From the NCBI GenBank assembly GCA_963776345.1, contig CAVZMH010000016.1, forward strand, positions 256,001 to 320,000: a DNA stretch of 64,000 nt. The letters are read 5' to 3'. A program made the position numbers and the translations under genes. Positions within the stretch are counted from its first letter, which is position 1. The number at the start of each line of letters is the position of its first letter. A model generated the notes under the pieces. That model ran no database searches. It saw only the letters and a list, made by a program, of their open reading frames with translations, and had not been told where the DNA came from. Below, piece after piece: positions 28,866-37,038 of the stretch. This stretch comes from an uncultured delta proteobacterium. Lineage in GTDB: Bacteria > Myxococcota > Myxococcia > Myxococcales > Myxococcaceae.

Positions 28866-30155
28866 ATGGCTGAACGCAAACGTCCTTGGCGGTGGCGTCT
28901 CCTTCCGGCGGCTGCCGTGGCGACGCTTGTCGCAGGCGCGGCCTGGGCGTTCGTTGCCGCCGGGATTCCTCCTCGCACAGTCACCCTGGCGACCGGTCCG
29001 CCGGGGAGCGCCTATGCAGCACTCGGGGAGAGATACCGCGTTACCCTCGCTCGCTCCGGCGTCGACCTCAGGCTGGTTCCGACCGCCGGCGACGTCGAGA
29101 ACCTGGCGAGGCTCCGCGATCCGCGATCGGGTGTGAGCGTCGGCTTCGTGATGGCTGGCCTGTCGGGCGCGTCCGAGGCATCCGAGCTGGAGACACTCGG
29201 GACCATCGCCTACGAGCCGGTGTGGGTGTTCGAGCGAAGCGCGGCGACCAGCCTGACTCTCGCCGGAGTCGCCGGAAGGCGGATCTCAATCGGCGCTCAG
29301 GGGAGCGGGACCCGGGTGATGGCGGAGAGGCTCATGGCTTTGTCGGGCATCGACATCCACGGGGCCAGCGAGGTGGACCTACCCCAGAGCGAGGCGGCGG
29401 AACGGCTGCTCCGGGGTGACCTTGAGGTCCTGGCGGTGGTGGATGCCTGGGACTCCCCGGTGGTCCGAAAGCTGGTGGCCGCGCCCCAGATTTCTCTGGT
29501 CAGCTTTCGCAGGGCCGACGCCTTCGTGGCACTGAACCCGGAGCTGACGAAGCTGGTCTTGCCAATGGGCGTCGGCGACCTCCGGGCAAACCGCCCGCCC
29601 GAGGACGTGCTGCTCATCGCCCCCAAGGGCAGCCTGGTGGTGCGGCGCGACCTCCACGACGCCATCCAGTACCTGCTCCTCGATGCCGCGGCTCAAATCC
29701 ACGCCCATCCCGGCATCTTCCAGAGGGCCGGGGCATTCCCGGCGGCCGAGTCGATCGATTTTCCCTTGAGCGACGAGGCCGCTCGGTACCACAAGTCCGG
29801 CCGCCCGTTCCTCCAGCGCTACCTTCCATTCTGGATGGCGGTCCTCTTCGAGCGGCTGCTCCTCCTTCTCATTCCATTGGTGGGCCTGGTGCTTCCGCTC
29901 GCCCGGGCGCTGCCTGGCGCGTACCGGAGCCTCGTCGAAGGGCGGATCCTCGCGCTCTACGGCGAGCTGAAGCTGCTCGAAACCGAGCTAGAGAGCCGAG
30001 CCAGCGGAGAGTCACGGGCCGAGCTAGCGCCGCGCCTCGATGCGCTCGAGCGCCGCGCGGGTCAGCTGCGGGTCCCTCGGAAGTACTTCCAGATGCTCTA
30101 CAACCTCAGGGTCCACATCCGATTGGTGCACGATCGCGTCCTCGGCCGCGCCTGA
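28866..30155 (+). CDS. TAXI-family TRAP solute-binding protein with C-terminal TM extension
   Basis: LATGPPGSAY, TAGDVENL, YEPVWVF, ISIGAQGSGT, FPLSDEA, FLQRYLPFW; start could be the GTG at 28767. Confidence 0.85.
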   Translation: MAERKRPWRWRLLPAAAVATLVAGAAWAFVAAGIPPRTVTLATGPPGSAYAALGERYRVTLARSGVDLRLVPTAGDVENLARLRDPRSGVSVGFVMAGLSGASEASELETLGTIAYEPVWVFERSAATSLTLAGVAGRRISIGAQGSGTRVMAERLMALSGIDIHGASEVDLPQSEAAERLLRGDLEVLAVVDAWDSPVVRKLVAAPQISLVSFRRADAFVALNPELTKLVLPMGVGDLRANRPPEDVLLIAPKGSLVVRRDLHDAIQYLLLDAAAQIHAHPGIFQRAGAFPAAESIDFPLSDEAARYHKSGRPFLQRYLPFWMAVLFERLLLLLIPLVGLVLPLARALPGAYRSLVEGRILALYGELKLLETELESRASGESRAELAPRLDALERRAGQLRVPRKYFQMLYNLRVHIRLVHDRVLGRA

Positions 30156-30166
30156 CGGCTGCGCGT

Positions 30167-30682
30167 CTACTTCCGGATCGGACGGAAGAAGAGCGCAGCG
30201 AGGCTGTCGGCCCGGAAGTGTTTTCGCAGCTCCCCGAATGCAAAGAAGGGGATCAAGGCGACGAACATCATGATTGCTCGAGCCACGGCCTCGTCACGGT
30301 CGCGCGGCGTGATGCCACGGAACGCCTCGAACAGCGCCTCGTGGTGGAGAACCCGCTTCACCGCCGTCTCAAGGATGCTGAAGGCGAAGAAGAGCAGCCC
30401 GAAGAGCAGGGACTTACGGAGAGCCACCCAAAAGAGGGGGGCGGCCGTCTCTCGCTCGCCGACGTGGAGCGCCTCGCCGATGAGGACGATCTTTCCCAGG
30501 ATGAGCCCCTCGACGATGGCCGAGCCATAGGAGAAGTAGACCCCGTACTCGGCCAGGATGAGGTGCCGGTAGAGCGTGAAGGCGCCGATGAACGCCGTCA
30601 TGTAGGCGGAGACAAGCAGGTAGTCCTTGAACTCGCGCCGCACCCTCGTCTTCAAGCTCGCGGGTTCTGTTCGGGTACTCAT
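30167..30682 (-). CDS. Hypothetical 4-TM membrane protein (paralog of 53122-53634)
   Basis: AFTLYRHLILAEY, AIVEGLILGKIVLIG, ALIPFFAFGEL, LFFR. Confidence 0.75.
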   Translation of the reverse strand: MSTRTEPASLKTRVRREFKDYLLVSAYMTAFIGAFTLYRHLILAEYGVYFSYGSAIVEGLILGKIVLIGEALHVGERETAAPLFWVALRKSLLFGLLFFAFSILETAVKRVLHHEALFEAFRGITPRDRDEAVARAIMMFVALIPFFAFGELRKHFRADSLAALFFRPIRK

Positions 30683-30795
30683 AGCGATCCGACCTCTCGC
30701 GCAGCGCCGGGGCTCTCGCCGCGCGCTCTAGAGGCCCCTCCCCCTCGTCCGGAGCCGTTTTGAGCCCGATCCGCCTCATCCCAGTGAGCGTGGGC

Positions 30796-31854
30796 TCACC
30801 AGTAGTAGCGGACCCCGATCGTCGCCAGCCAGGTGCTCCAGCTCACGTTGACGCTGGGCTGGACCTTGAACCGCCGCGCGACGAGCTGGAGCCCGAGCGC
30901 CAGATGCGGGCGGCCGGTGTAGAAGATGCCGCCGCCGAGATCGCTCACGTGCTGCAGATTGGTCCCGCCCGTGGGCGCGTTCCAGGCGAAGACTCCCTGT
31001 AGGCCGATCGGAACGCTGGAGATGGTGTAGAAGTCGAAGTCGAGCGCCACGCCGAGCCCGAAGCTCTGACCGCTGAAGGTTCCCGCGTTCTGGTCCTGGG
31101 TGACGAATGCGTACGAGACGTTGGCCGTGATGCCGAACGGACGCCACGGCGCCCAGTTCATCGCCAGCGCCGGCTGGATGGAGTACGAGTTGTTCTTCCC
31201 GAAGACGCCTCCCTCGCCGACCACGCAGTTCCCCTGCTGGCAGCTCTTGATGATGCTGCTGATCCCGCTCCCGATGGTGAGCGCCAGGCCCGGGCCGATG
31301 GCCCCGTCGAGGAGCAAGCCCACCTTGATCGAATCGCCGATGGGCAGGCTGGCGGTGAATCCCAGGGTGGCACCGGTGGAGAGGGCCGTTCCAATCACCA
31401 GCGCCGACGAGCCGTTGATGCCGGAGTAGACCAGCTCCTCGATGCTGAACCGCACCGAGAAATGGTCGAGAAAGGAGTACTCGTAGCCGAGGATCGCCCC
31501 GACGCCGGCGTAATTGAAGGTCCCGCTGTACAGCTTGTCGCCAATCTGTGCGGACCCGGTCGTGGTCCCGTAGGCCGTCTCGAGGAACGTCCCAAAGCTC
31601 GTGGTGGTCAGCGCCCCGGCGACCCGGTTGGAGGGCAGGAAGACGTGACCGTTGAGCACCCGCCCCGAGGGTGCGTCGGTTTCTCGCGGCACCAGCGGTT
31701 CCCCCTCCGATGTCGGGGCGGCCGGTGCCGGCGTCACCGTGGTCGGAGTTGCCGAGGGAGGGGTCGTCGACGTGCTGGCCTGCGCGTCATCCGTGGCCGC
31801 GGTTCCCGCCGTCAGGAGCCCGAGTACGGCCACCAAGGGGATCAGGGGTTGCAT
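30796..31854 (-). CDS. Putative outer-membrane beta-barrel protein (paralog of 40020-40994)
   Basis: Signal peptide, Pro/Thr linker, amphipathic strands, ends IGVRYYW. Confidence 0.65.
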   Translation of the reverse strand: MQPLIPLVAVLGLLTAGTAATDDAQASTSTTPPSATPTTVTPAPAAPTSEGEPLVPRETDAPSGRVLNGHVFLPSNRVAGALTTTSFGTFLETAYGTTTGSAQIGDKLYSGTFNYAGVGAILGYEYSFLDHFSVRFSIEELVYSGINGSSALVIGTALSTGATLGFTASLPIGDSIKVGLLLDGAIGPGLALTIGSGISSIIKSCQQGNCVVGEGGVFGKNNSYSIQPALAMNWAPWRPFGITANVSYAFVTQDQNAGTFSGQSFGLGVALDFDFYTISSVPIGLQGVFAWNAPTGGTNLQHVSDLGGGIFYTGRPHLALGLQLVARRFKVQPSVNVSWSTWLATIGVRYYW

Positions 31855-32073
31855 GGGCCGTTTCTCCTGACCAGAGCTTCGAACCGTCTCGCTGAAGGTG
31901 CGTTCTCGCACATCGGCGCATCCTCTGGTGCACACCAAGGGCCCATGGCGACCGCCTCGTCCGAACCTGAGCCCGCCGTCGCCCGCATCGGAGACCACCA
32001 CCAGGCGAGCCCCCGTCGGAGCCGTAGGGCTTAGGTCCTTTCCAGAGGTGGCACAAGCATCGTGCGGCGACCG

Positions 32074-33192
32074 CTACTCCTTGCCGAACCACTTTTCGTA
32101 GACCCGTTGGTAAGTCCCGTCTTCGTGAATGGCGACGAGGGCCCCGTTCACTCGTCTGCGAAGGGTGCTGTTCAGAGGCACAACGAACATCAGGTCTTCT
32201 TTTCTGAATTCGGGGCCCACCATTCTTACCCTGCCGGCTCCGTCATGCGCCGCGAAGTATTGGAGAGTCGGTGCAACCGAGACCACGGCCTCCGCCTTCC
32301 CGGAGAGCAGAGCAGAGAACATCTCGTCTGCGCGCGCGTACTCCTGCACCTGCGCGCCGATGCTGCGAAGGTACGTTGCCGACGGCGAGCCGGCGGGCGT
32401 CGCCACGGACTTCCCGGGCAAGTCATCTGGGCCATTGATGGCCCCCCGGATTTGTTCCACCGTCAGCGTGGCCGTCATCTGGGCGGTGAAGAATGCGACG
32501 AACACGACTCCCACGAAAAGCCAGAGGTTGGCGAACAGCTGGGCGATTCGCTGTTTCGGCATCAGCATCGCCTGACCTAGGAGCCCCTCGGCCGCCCACG
32601 ACATCGCGTAGAAGATGCCTGGAAAGTACTTCTCAGTCGGGCTGACTCCGTCAGTGTTCCGCCGGTCGAGGAGCCAAATGACGTTAGCGGGAACGAGGAG
32701 GAGCAATGCCGCGGCGACGAGCCAGTAGAGCATCGAGCGTGAGAACAGCAGTCTTAGGAACGCGACGAGGGGGCTCTTCTGCGCCCCGACGAGGGGGCTC
32801 TCCTGCGCCCCTTGGCCTGTGCTCACCATCACTTGGAGTCCTGAGTTCAGAGTCGAATAAGTGAAGTCGAAGTCACGGTCGCGCTCGGTCGTGTAGTACA
32901 GGCCGACGATGGCGATGTCGGACTCGCCCCTTTGCAAAGCGCCCAAGAGAGTCGTTACGTCCGGAACCACTCGATAGCTCGTCCGTGCTCCCAGCTTCGC
33001 TGCCACCTCGTTCCAGAGTTCGACGCTGAATCCGGTGAGATGCCCCTGGTCCTCAATCACGAGAGGTGGAATGACGGCTGCGACGGTGCGAATTTCCCGT
33101 CTGTCCTGCTCCGCCATCGCCGGCGAAGCGAGCGCCAACAGTAGGAGCATCCACCTGTGTCCGAGGACGACGGATGCTTCGAATGATTGCAT
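32074..33192 (-). CDS. GluR0-like ligand-gated ion channel (SBP family 3 + two-TM channel insert)
   Basis: Signal peptide; GFSVELW, DIAI..L..T.ER...FDFT (S1); TM1-pore helix-TM2 ending FFTAQMTATLTV; INGPDDLPGK (S2). Confidence 0.82.
   Translation of the reverse strand: MQSFEASVVLGHRWMLLLLALASPAMAEQDRREIRTVAAVIPPLVIEDQGHLTGFSVELWNEVAAKLGARTSYRVVPDVTTLLGALQRGESDIAIVGLYYTTERDRDFDFTYSTLNSGLQVMVSTGQGAQESPLVGAQKSPLVAFLRLLFSRSMLYWLVAAALLLLVPANVIWLLDRRNTDGVSPTEKYFPGIFYAMSWAAEGLLGQAMLMPKQRIAQLFANLWLFVGVVFVAFFTAQMTATLTVEQIRGAINGPDDLPGKSVATPAGSPSATYLRSIGAQVQEYARADEMFSALLSGKAEAVVSVAPTLQYFAAHDGAGRVRMVGPEFRKEDLMFVVPLNSTLRRRVNGALVAIHEDGTYQRVYEKWFGKE
32763..32810. repeat. 24-bp tandem duplication inside the channel gene
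   Basis: CGACGAGGGGGCTCTTCTGCGCCC / CGACGAGGGGGCTCTCCTGCGCCC, encoding GAQESPLV-GAQKSPLV. Confidence 0.85.
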
Positions 33193-33317
33193 GGTTGGCC
33201 TTGAGTGACGTCCGGGCGTATCAGGCTAGTGGCTTGCGGCGGGCACGCACCACAGCTATCTCCGCTCAGCCATCGCAGCCGACCCGTTCCACCCACTGCC
33301 CGCCCCGATCGTTCGGA

Positions 33318-33374
33318 CTACTTCTTCAGGCCGGTAGCCTTCAATGCGTCCTTGCAGGCCTTGCTGACGTCCCC
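33318..33374 (-). pseudogene. 3' remnant of a cysteine-rich repeat protein gene
   Basis: DVSKACKDALKATGLKK* matches the C-terminus NVSQPCKDALKQTGLTK* of 51912-52331. Confidence 0.7.
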
Positions 33375-33478
33375 AGCGATGACAGCGAGCTTAGGCGCCT
33401 TGCCGAGTCTCCGATACCGGATCTCCCGGGGGCATGGCGGCTGGGTCGCCCTCGCCGCCACCGTCTCCCGGGTGCCCT

Positions 33479-34134
33479 TCACCCGCCGAGCGCCATGATG
33501 ACTGCGACGAGCCCTGCGCCGAGCGCAGCAAAGGTAAGCCCGTAGCGCCAGGCCCGTCCTCCGGTGTAGCTGCCGAGCAGGTGCCCATAGCCATACAGGA
33601 CCGCCAGAGCGAGGGCGTTCGATACGCGCATCGCGACCGGCAGGTCCTGGAAGAAGATGAACGGGAGGACGACCGGGAAGGTCGCCAGGACGACGATCAG
33701 CGAAGACGCCGAGCGCACCGACGAGCTCGCGCGCACCCAGTGGGGAACGGGGAACCGAGACCGTGGCGAGGTCCTTCCGGAACGCGTCGACGGTCTCCGG
33801 CCCGATCCTGCCCGCGACGGGGCCCGGTAGGGCATCGGTGACGATGCGCCGGGCCTCGCCCGGATCCGACGTTTCGCGCAAACGCTGCACCAGCCGGATG
33901 CTCCGGCCATTCAGCGATTGCCGCGCTGACCACGTACATCACGGCGTCGGTGAAGCCCCAGGCGACGTTACAGCCGAAGGCCACGTGCAGCGTGGCCCTG
34001 GTCTCCTGAGCGCCCGCGGAGGTCACGCTCAACGCCCCCACGATGCTCACCGCCATGAGCACTCCGAAGATGACCTCGGATGCACGCTCAACCGGGTCCA
34101 GGACGCGAGCATGGGGGGGCCTATCGGTCGCCAT
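33479..34134 (-). pseudogene. VIT1/CCC1-like transporter with two frameshifts (about 33910 and 33700)
   Basis: Three consecutive frames join: VLDPVERASEVIFGVLM..GCNVAWGFTDAVMY / RLRETSDPGEARRIV..ELVGALGVF / LIVVLATFPVVLPF..RVSNALA..MALGG. Confidence 0.75.
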
Positions 34135-34300
34135 CAGCCGCACGATTGCACTTACCAAGCCGACGATGCTCAAAGCTCGTCGGCCTGGCGGCGCGAAAAA
34201 CCTGCGCGCCGTGAGACCAACGTCCCATTGCTGCGGTCGCAGGTGCGGTCTTCCACTGGGCAACGCCCCTCGTCTGAACCGGTGGCCTTGGGAAGGGTGG

Positions 34301-34316
34301 TGGCCGCGTCCTTGCA
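34301..34316 (+). promoter_or_regulatory. Sigma54 (-24/-12) promoter
   Basis: TGGCCGCGTCCTTGCA = TGGC-N7-TTGCA with exact GG-N10-GC spacing, 32 bp before the ATG at 34349. Confidence 0.7.
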
Positions 34317-34348
34317 GCGCCGCCGGAGAAGGAGAAGAAGGGACGGCG

Positions 34349-36502
34349 ATGAACTCCAACACGGCACCCAACGTGCGCGGGGTGGGCACTCCCGGCAAAC
34401 GCACCGTCTACAGCCTCTGCGGAATGTGCGCCGTGCGCTGCCCGATCGAGGTGACCGTCGAGGACGGGAAGGTGGCCTGGCTGCAAGGCAACCGGAACGA
34501 CGCCGCGCTCGGCGCCAGTCTCTGCGCCAAGGGGTCGGCCGGGGTGCCGTTCGAGTACGACGACGAGCGGCCGCAGACCCCTCTGATCCGAGCGGGCGCG
34601 CGGGGCGCCGGCCAGTGGCGGCGCGCGTCCTGGGACGAAGCGCTCGACCACGTGGCCGACAAGCTGCGCGAGACGGTGGAGGCCTTCGGGCCGCGGGGCA
34701 TCGCGCTGTCCGACCGCGGGGGCCCATTCATTGATCTGACGCGCACCTTCTTGGCCGCGCTCGGCTCGCCGAACTACTTCAACCACGACGCCACCTGCGG
34801 CGGCAATGTCCATAACGCCTCGCGGACCGTCTTCGGCTTCAGCCATCTGGCCCTGGTGCCCGACCTGAAGAACACCAAGCACCTCGTGCTGTACGGCCGC
34901 AACATCATCGAATCGCTGATGGTCAAGGAGGCCAAGGCCTTCATGGACGCGGTCTCCAACGGCATGCGCGTCACCTACGTCGATCCGCGCGCCAGCCGCA
35001 CGGCCTGCAAGGCCACCCGCTACTGGCGGGTGCGCCCGAACAGCGACTACGCGCTGAATCTGGCCATCATTCACGAGGTGCTGAAGCGGCAGGCGTACGA
35101 CGCAGACTTCGTCGCCCGCTTCGTCACCGGGATGGACCTCCTGCGCGAGACGGTCGCGGGCACCACGCCGGAGTGGCAGGAGCCCCACACCGGCGTCCCC
35201 GCCGATCAGTTGCGCGCCTTCGTCGAGGAGATCGCTGGCCAGCGTCCGCGGGTGATCTTCCATCCGGGCTGGATGACCGCGCGGCACAAGCAATCGTTCC
35301 ACGTCAGCCGCAGCGCGCTGATCCTGAACGCGCTGATGGGCAACATCGAGCTACCGGGGGGCCTGCTGCTGGCCAAGCCGCCCGAGGCCTTCGGCCGGAA
35401 GAGCCTGAAGCCGCTCGCCGCGCGCGTGCCCAAGGTGACCGAGCCGCGCGTGGATGGCGCCGGGACGACACGGCCGTCGTGGGACCCGAGCATCGGAATG
35501 GTGCACGAGCTGTTTGCCGCCATGGAGACGGGGCAGCCCTACGGCGTTGGCGCCTACATCGCCTACCGCCATGATCCGCTGACCAGCCTGCCGGACGCAG
35601 AGGCGCAGAAGCGGGCTCTGGACAAGCTCAAGCTGCTGGTCTCGATCGACGTGCGCTATTCCGAGACCGGCTGGTACTCGGACGTCATCCTGCCCGAGTC
35701 GACCTACCTCGAGCGGGCCAACATCCTGGCTGGACTCCCCGGCCCGGTCCCGGTGTTCATCATGCGCGATCAGGCGATCGCCCCGCGCTTCGACAGCCGT
35801 CCGGCCTGGTGGATCTTCCGCGAGATCCTGCGGCGAATGGGCGTGAAGGAAGCACTCGACTTCGAGTCCATCGAAGAGCTGTGGAACTACCAGCTCGAGG
35901 GAACCGGCGTCACCATCGCTGAGATGCGCGAGGCGGGCCTCGTGACCCTGGCCGCCGAGCCCAAGCTCACCCCACGCGACGCGCTGAAGTTCCCGACACC
36001 GTCGGGCAAGATCGAGATCGACAGCGCGATGCTCAAGCAGGCAGGGCTCTCCAGCCTGCCGCCCTACGAGCCCAAAGTGGCGCCCAGCGACGATCGCTTC
36101 ACTCTGCTCTTCGGCCGGCCGGCCACGCTGGCGCACGGCCAGTCCCTGAACAACCCGTTGCTGCGCGAGATCGCGCCGAAGCAGGAGCTGTGGATTCACC
36201 CCGACCGGGCGCAACCGCTCGCCATCCGCGACGGCGACGAGGTCGAGGTCGACGGCGGCGGAGCATACGTCGGGCGCCTGAAGGCGAAGGTCACGCCCTG
36301 GATCCACCCCGAGGCGGTCTTCATGCTCCACGGCTACGGCGCCACGGTGCCCGTCGCCACCCGCGCGTTCGGCGTCGGTGTCGCCGACCAGCGCCTGCAG
36401 CACGGCAAGCTCCACGAGTTCGATCCGGCCGGCGGGGGCTGTGCCCTCACCGAGACGGTGGTCCGGGTCAGGCCCGCCACGCCGAAGGGAGCTTCGCGAT
36501 GA
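34349..36502 (+). CDS. Mo/W-bisPGD oxidoreductase catalytic subunit, PsrA/PhsA (polysulfide/thiosulfate reductase)-like, no Tat signal
   Basis: CGMCAVRC...LCAKG [4Fe-4S]; SWDEALD; GSPN.FNHDATC (Cys ligand position); SDVILPESTYLER; FPTPSGKIEI; LWIHP...I.DGD. Confidence 0.88.
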   Translation: MNSNTAPNVRGVGTPGKRTVYSLCGMCAVRCPIEVTVEDGKVAWLQGNRNDAALGASLCAKGSAGVPFEYDDERPQTPLIRAGARGAGQWRRASWDEALDHVADKLRETVEAFGPRGIALSDRGGPFIDLTRTFLAALGSPNYFNHDATCGGNVHNASRTVFGFSHLALVPDLKNTKHLVLYGRNIIESLMVKEAKAFMDAVSNGMRVTYVDPRASRTACKATRYWRVRPNSDYALNLAIIHEVLKRQAYDADFVARFVTGMDLLRETVAGTTPEWQEPHTGVPADQLRAFVEEIAGQRPRVIFHPGWMTARHKQSFHVSRSALILNALMGNIELPGGLLLAKPPEAFGRKSLKPLAARVPKVTEPRVDGAGTTRPSWDPSIGMVHELFAAMETGQPYGVGAYIAYRHDPLTSLPDAEAQKRALDKLKLLVSIDVRYSETGWYSDVILPESTYLERANILAGLPGPVPVFIMRDQAIAPRFDSRPAWWIFREILRRMGVKEALDFESIEELWNYQLEGTGVTIAEMREAGLVTLAAEPKLTPRDALKFPTPSGKIEIDSAMLKQAGLSSLPPYEPKVAPSDDRFTLLFGRPATLAHGQSLNNPLLREIAPKQELWIHPDRAQPLAIRDGDEVEVDGGGAYVGRLKAKVTPWIHPEAVFMLHGYGATVPVATRAFGVGVADQRLQHGKLHEFDPAGGGCALTETVVRVRPATPKGASR

Positions 36503-37026
36503 GCGCTTACGTGCTGCATCACGACGAGCCCAACTGCATCGGCTGCCAGGCCTGTGAGGTGCACTGCAAGACCAACAAGAACCTCGGTCCGGGCCCGGCC
36601 CCGTGCAAGATCATCTCCGCCGGTCCGGTCGACGTCTGCGGGCAGCCGCGAATGCGCCACGTGTTCATGCCCTGCTTCCATTGCGAGGACCCCTGGTGCG
36701 TCAAGGCCTGCCCGACCGGCGCGATGAAGCAGCGCGAGAAGGACGGCATCGTCTTCGTCCAGTCCACGCTCTGCGTCGGCTGCAAGAGCTGCATCTCGGC
36801 CTGCCCTTGGGGCGTGCCGCAGTGGGACCCGGCCACCAACAAGGTGGTCAAGTGCGATTACTGCATGGATCGCGTCGATGCTGGGCTGCAGCCGGCCTGC
36901 GTCACCAAGTGCGTGACCGGCTGTCTCTCGTTCGGGCGTGCCAACGAAATGCCCGACCCGCGCCGGGAGCGCTATGCACGTCTGCTCATGGCCGAGCCGC
37001 TCGATGGCGCCGCCAGTGGCAAGTGA
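36499..37026 (+). CDS. 4x[4Fe-4S] electron-transfer subunit (PsrB/DmsB/NrfC-like)
   Basis: CIGCQAC..HC, CFHCEDPWCVKACP, CVGCKSCISACP, KCDYC...PACVTKC; ATGA overlap. Confidence 0.92.
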   Translation: MSAYVLHHDEPNCIGCQACEVHCKTNKNLGPGPAPCKIISAGPVDVCGQPRMRHVFMPCFHCEDPWCVKACPTGAMKQREKDGIVFVQSTLCVGCKSCISACPWGVPQWDPATNKVVKCDYCMDRVDAGLQPACVTKCVTGCLSFGRANEMPDPRRERYARLLMAEPLDGAASGK

Positions 37027-37038
37027 GGAGAAGTGCCG

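Noticed and set aside
34140..34300. Moco riboswitch upstream of the molybdoenzyme
   Set aside because: Hairpins are present, but I could not match the conserved fold, and they lie upstream of the predicted sigma54 start; an Rfam/Infernal scan would settle it
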